From contig JBDRNY010000021.1 in NCBI GenBank assembly GCA_043810635.1, forward strand, positions 1 through 54,040: a DNA stretch of 54,040 bases. Direction: 5' to 3'. The first letter of the stretch is position 1. Every line of letters starts with the position of its first letter. Below the pieces are notes generated by a model. It ran no database searches. It saw only the letters and a list, made by a program, of their open reading frames with translations, and had not been told where the DNA came from. Both the position numbers and the translations under genes were made by a program. Source of the stretch: Candidatus Micrarchaeota archaeon. GTDB taxonomy: Archaea > Micrarchaeota > Micrarchaeia > Anstonellales > Anstonellaceae. This document shows positions 52,055-54,040 of this stretch, piece by piece.

Positions 52055-52255
52055 ATGTATATGGCATCAACAAAAATGAAGGCATTGCTGGAAATTGCAA
52101 GAATAGTTGCTGGCATTGCAGCAGGCTATTTGGTATATTGGAAATGGGATGAAGTGAGAACAGGGGATCCGGAATATTATGCAATACTTGCCGGAATAAT
52201 TGTTTCTGTAATGTTTATTGTATTGCTTAAAAAACTGAATAAGGGAGAAGGCTAA
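52055..52255 (+). CDS. Small two-TM membrane protein, hypothetical
   Basis: This is a 66-aa ORF with two hydrophobic segments (IARIVAGIAAGYLVYW and AILAGIIVSVMFIVLL). Confidence 0.4.
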   Translation: MYMASTKMKALLEIARIVAGIAAGYLVYWKWDEVRTGDPEYYAILAGIIVSVMFIVLLKKLNKGEG

Positions 52256-52299
52256 ATTTGGAATTTCCTTTTTGTATTATTTCGCTTAAAAAGAAAATG

Positions 52300-53208
52300 T
52301 TAGAATTTGAATTGCTTTCTTATTTCCCTTCTTTTTGGCATTCCCTGAGCGCCCGGATGCATTACTTTTGCAGCAGCGCATGCATGAGCCATTTTAATTG
52401 ATTCATATATTGAGCGCCCTTCTAATTTTCCGCAAATAACTCCTGATGCAAATGCATCCCCCGCACCCAATGTATCTGCAACATGGGGGGCGGTGTATGG
52501 GGGCACTTCATATAATTTCATTCCATTCTGGCATGCAATTGCAGGGCCGTGCCCTGTTTTCAAAATTACGGTGCAGTCAAATTCTTTTGAAAGATGCTTT
52601 ATTTCTTCAGAAGATTTGGAGCCTGTTAATGCATTCAATTCTTTTCTATTGAGGATGAGCAATTCAGTGCGCTCAATTACAGGAGACAGTTTTTCCAATC
52701 CCAATCTTGAAGCGGCCCTGCCCGGGTCAAATGAAAGAGGAATTTGAAATTTCGCGGCAGCTTTGCTTGCCTGCGAAAGCCAGGAATATTCGCACCCTGT
52801 CAAATGCACCCATCTTGAATTTGCAATATATTTTGCAGGCAAATTTCTCGGAGCGTCTACGCTTCCCTTGTCTTCTATTACCATTACCTGCCCTTCTTTG
52901 TCTATCAAAATCACAGAAAGCCCTGTGCGCCCCCCTCTCACAATCCTTATTTCTTTTTTATCCACCCCCCTTCTCCTTAATTCATCAACAAGGAATTTCC
53001 CATGAATATCATCCCCCACATTTGAAACCAATCCTGAAGTGTGGTTTAATTTTCTGCAATTCATTGCAACATTTGCTGCGCTTCCCCCGGGCCCGGATTG
53101 GGGGGGCATTCTCATAAATACTGTTTTATCCAGTTGGGGGAAATTTTGCACATAATCCCTTATGTCATATACCAAATGGCCCACGCATACTATATCCAAC
53201 TTCCCCAT
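52300..53208 (-). CDS. PfkB-family carbohydrate/nucleoside kinase
   Basis: It has GGSAANVAM near the N-terminus and DTLGAGDAFASGVI near the C-terminus, the ribokinase-family signatures. Confidence 0.85.
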   Translation of the reverse strand: MGKLDIVCVGHLVYDIRDYVQNFPQLDKTVFMRMPPQSGPGGSAANVAMNCRKLNHTSGLVSNVGDDIHGKFLVDELRRRGVDKKEIRIVRGGRTGLSVILIDKEGQVMVIEDKGSVDAPRNLPAKYIANSRWVHLTGCEYSWLSQASKAAAKFQIPLSFDPGRAASRLGLEKLSPVIERTELLILNRKELNALTGSKSSEEIKHLSKEFDCTVILKTGHGPAIACQNGMKLYEVPPYTAPHVADTLGAGDAFASGVICGKLEGRSIYESIKMAHACAAAKVMHPGAQGMPKRREIRKQFKF

Positions 53209-53238
53209 ACAAGAAGCAAAACATAAAGGGTATAAAAA

Positions 53239-53799
53239 TCAATCTATTTCAATCCTTTCTTCAATTTTTTTCAGCAGTAAATCAAATTTTTCAAATCCTG
53301 ACTGCGCCTGAAAATGTTCTCCTCCTTTTAGTAAAATTATATTTTCCCCAAGATTTGATGCAAACTCTTGCGCTTTTTGCAATGGAATATGGGAGTCATT
53401 GTCTGAATGGAAAATATAGAATTTTTTGCAATTTTCCTTTATTTTATTCCAATCAAATTTTCTTTCTGAAAAATCATCAATATTTTCTTCCCCTTCCACA
53501 TCAAGATGGCCAACAAACCCGCTCACAAGAAATGCTGAATTTATTTTTACATTTTCAGAATTTAGTATATTAAGAATAAACGGAACTCCGAGGCTGTGGC
53601 CTATCATAATGGAATCCTCCAGATATTGCTCGAATGGCTTGAGCGTTTCCATCCAATTTTGAAGGGTTTGCTTTTCTTCTATTGGAAATTGGGGCGCAAA
53701 AACCTGCATCCCTTTTTCCTCTAATTTGCTTTTAAGCCAGGGATACCAGTGCTTTTCAGGATTTCCGCCTGAGCCGTGGATGATAAATGCATATTTCAT
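53239..53799 (-). CDS. Alpha/beta serine hydrolase, YdeN/RBBP9-like
   Basis: It is 186 aa, with IIHGSGGNPEKHWYPWL and the nucleophile motif GHSLG. Confidence 0.7.
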   Translation of the reverse strand: MKYAFIIHGSGGNPEKHWYPWLKSKLEEKGMQVFAPQFPIEEKQTLQNWMETLKPFEQYLEDSIMIGHSLGVPFILNILNSENVKINSAFLVSGFVGHLDVEGEENIDDFSERKFDWNKIKENCKKFYIFHSDNDSHIPLQKAQEFASNLGENIILLKGGEHFQAQSGFEKFDLLLKKIEERIEID

Positions 53800-53849
53800 A
53801 AAATGATTTGGGCATTGATTATTAAAAGAAGTATTGTGTAAATAATTTT

Positions 53850-54040
53850 ATGAAAATGTCATTGCTATTGCTGGGCATAATTGCTATTTCATTTATTTTG
53901 CAAATTGCAATAGGGCCATTTACCCAAATATTCTATTTCAATCCTGCAAATCTGCAAATTTGGCAATTTATTACTTCAATATTTTTGCACGGCAGCGTAA
54001 TCCACCTTTTATTCAATGCGTATGCATTGTTTTTGTTTGG
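53850..54040 (+). CDS. Rhomboid-family intramembrane serine protease, 3'-truncated at the window end
   Basis: MKMSLLLLGIIAISFILQ...WQFITSIFLHGSVIHLLFNAYALFLF carries the rhomboid H-x-x-x-N motif. The ORF runs off the end of the window. Confidence 0.65.
   Translation, partial: MKMSLLLLGIIAISFILQIAIGPFTQIFYFNPANLQIWQFITSIFLHGSVIHLLFNAYALFLF

Noticed and set aside
1-54040. CRISPR arrays, transposases or IS elements, and 16S/23S rRNA
   Set aside because: There are no regularly spaced direct repeats, no transposase-like ORFs or terminal inverted repeats, and no large rRNA-like non-coding stretches in the window.

Overview
AT-rich archaeal chromosome segment. Archaeal hallmarks are the proteasome/exosome superoperon (psmA, SBDS, Rrp4, Rrp41, Rrp42, L37Ae, RpoP, Brix, Pcc1-like, prefoldin beta), the L7Ae-S28e-L24e-Ndk operon, an archaeal-type GlyRS, an intron-containing tRNA, a solitary 5S rRNA and a compact RNase P RNA. 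Shine-Dalgarno motifs (GGAGG/AGGTGA) sit about 8 nt before most starts. Cys-less zinc-ribbon r-proteins, Lys/Arg-rich tails on core proteins and the dominance of envelope genes suggest a small-genome (DPANN-like) archaeon, but that assignment is inference only. More than half of the window encodes envelope proteins. (1) nt 725-20229: nine co-directional, translationally coupled genes. They encode a 1437-aa single-pass protein with a Cys-free giant cytoplasmic domain, six paralogous polytopic membrane proteins with a shared TM core and highly variable Cys-rich ectodomains, and a 1286-aa Cys-rich lipoprotein. I recognise no known family or NTPase in them, and this is my main candidate for an undescribed system. 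(2) nt 28093-33273: seven type IV pilin-like genes (class III signal peptides) in divergent operons, with no assembly genes in the window. (3) A beta-propeller lipoprotein broken at a G8 tract. (4) A 1121-aa surface protein with about 100 N-glycosylation sequons. (5) A MacB-type ABC operon with an S-layer-domain protein. Other points: three frameshifts, all at simple-sequence repeats inside surface-protein genes. A conserved uORF-plus-hairpin leader is shared by glyS and rpl7ae. The tRNA-Met intron (62 nt) carries C/D-box-like elements. An orphan HicB-like ORF sits inside the exosome superoperon. All calls come from reading the sequence and ORF translations; no database search was run.
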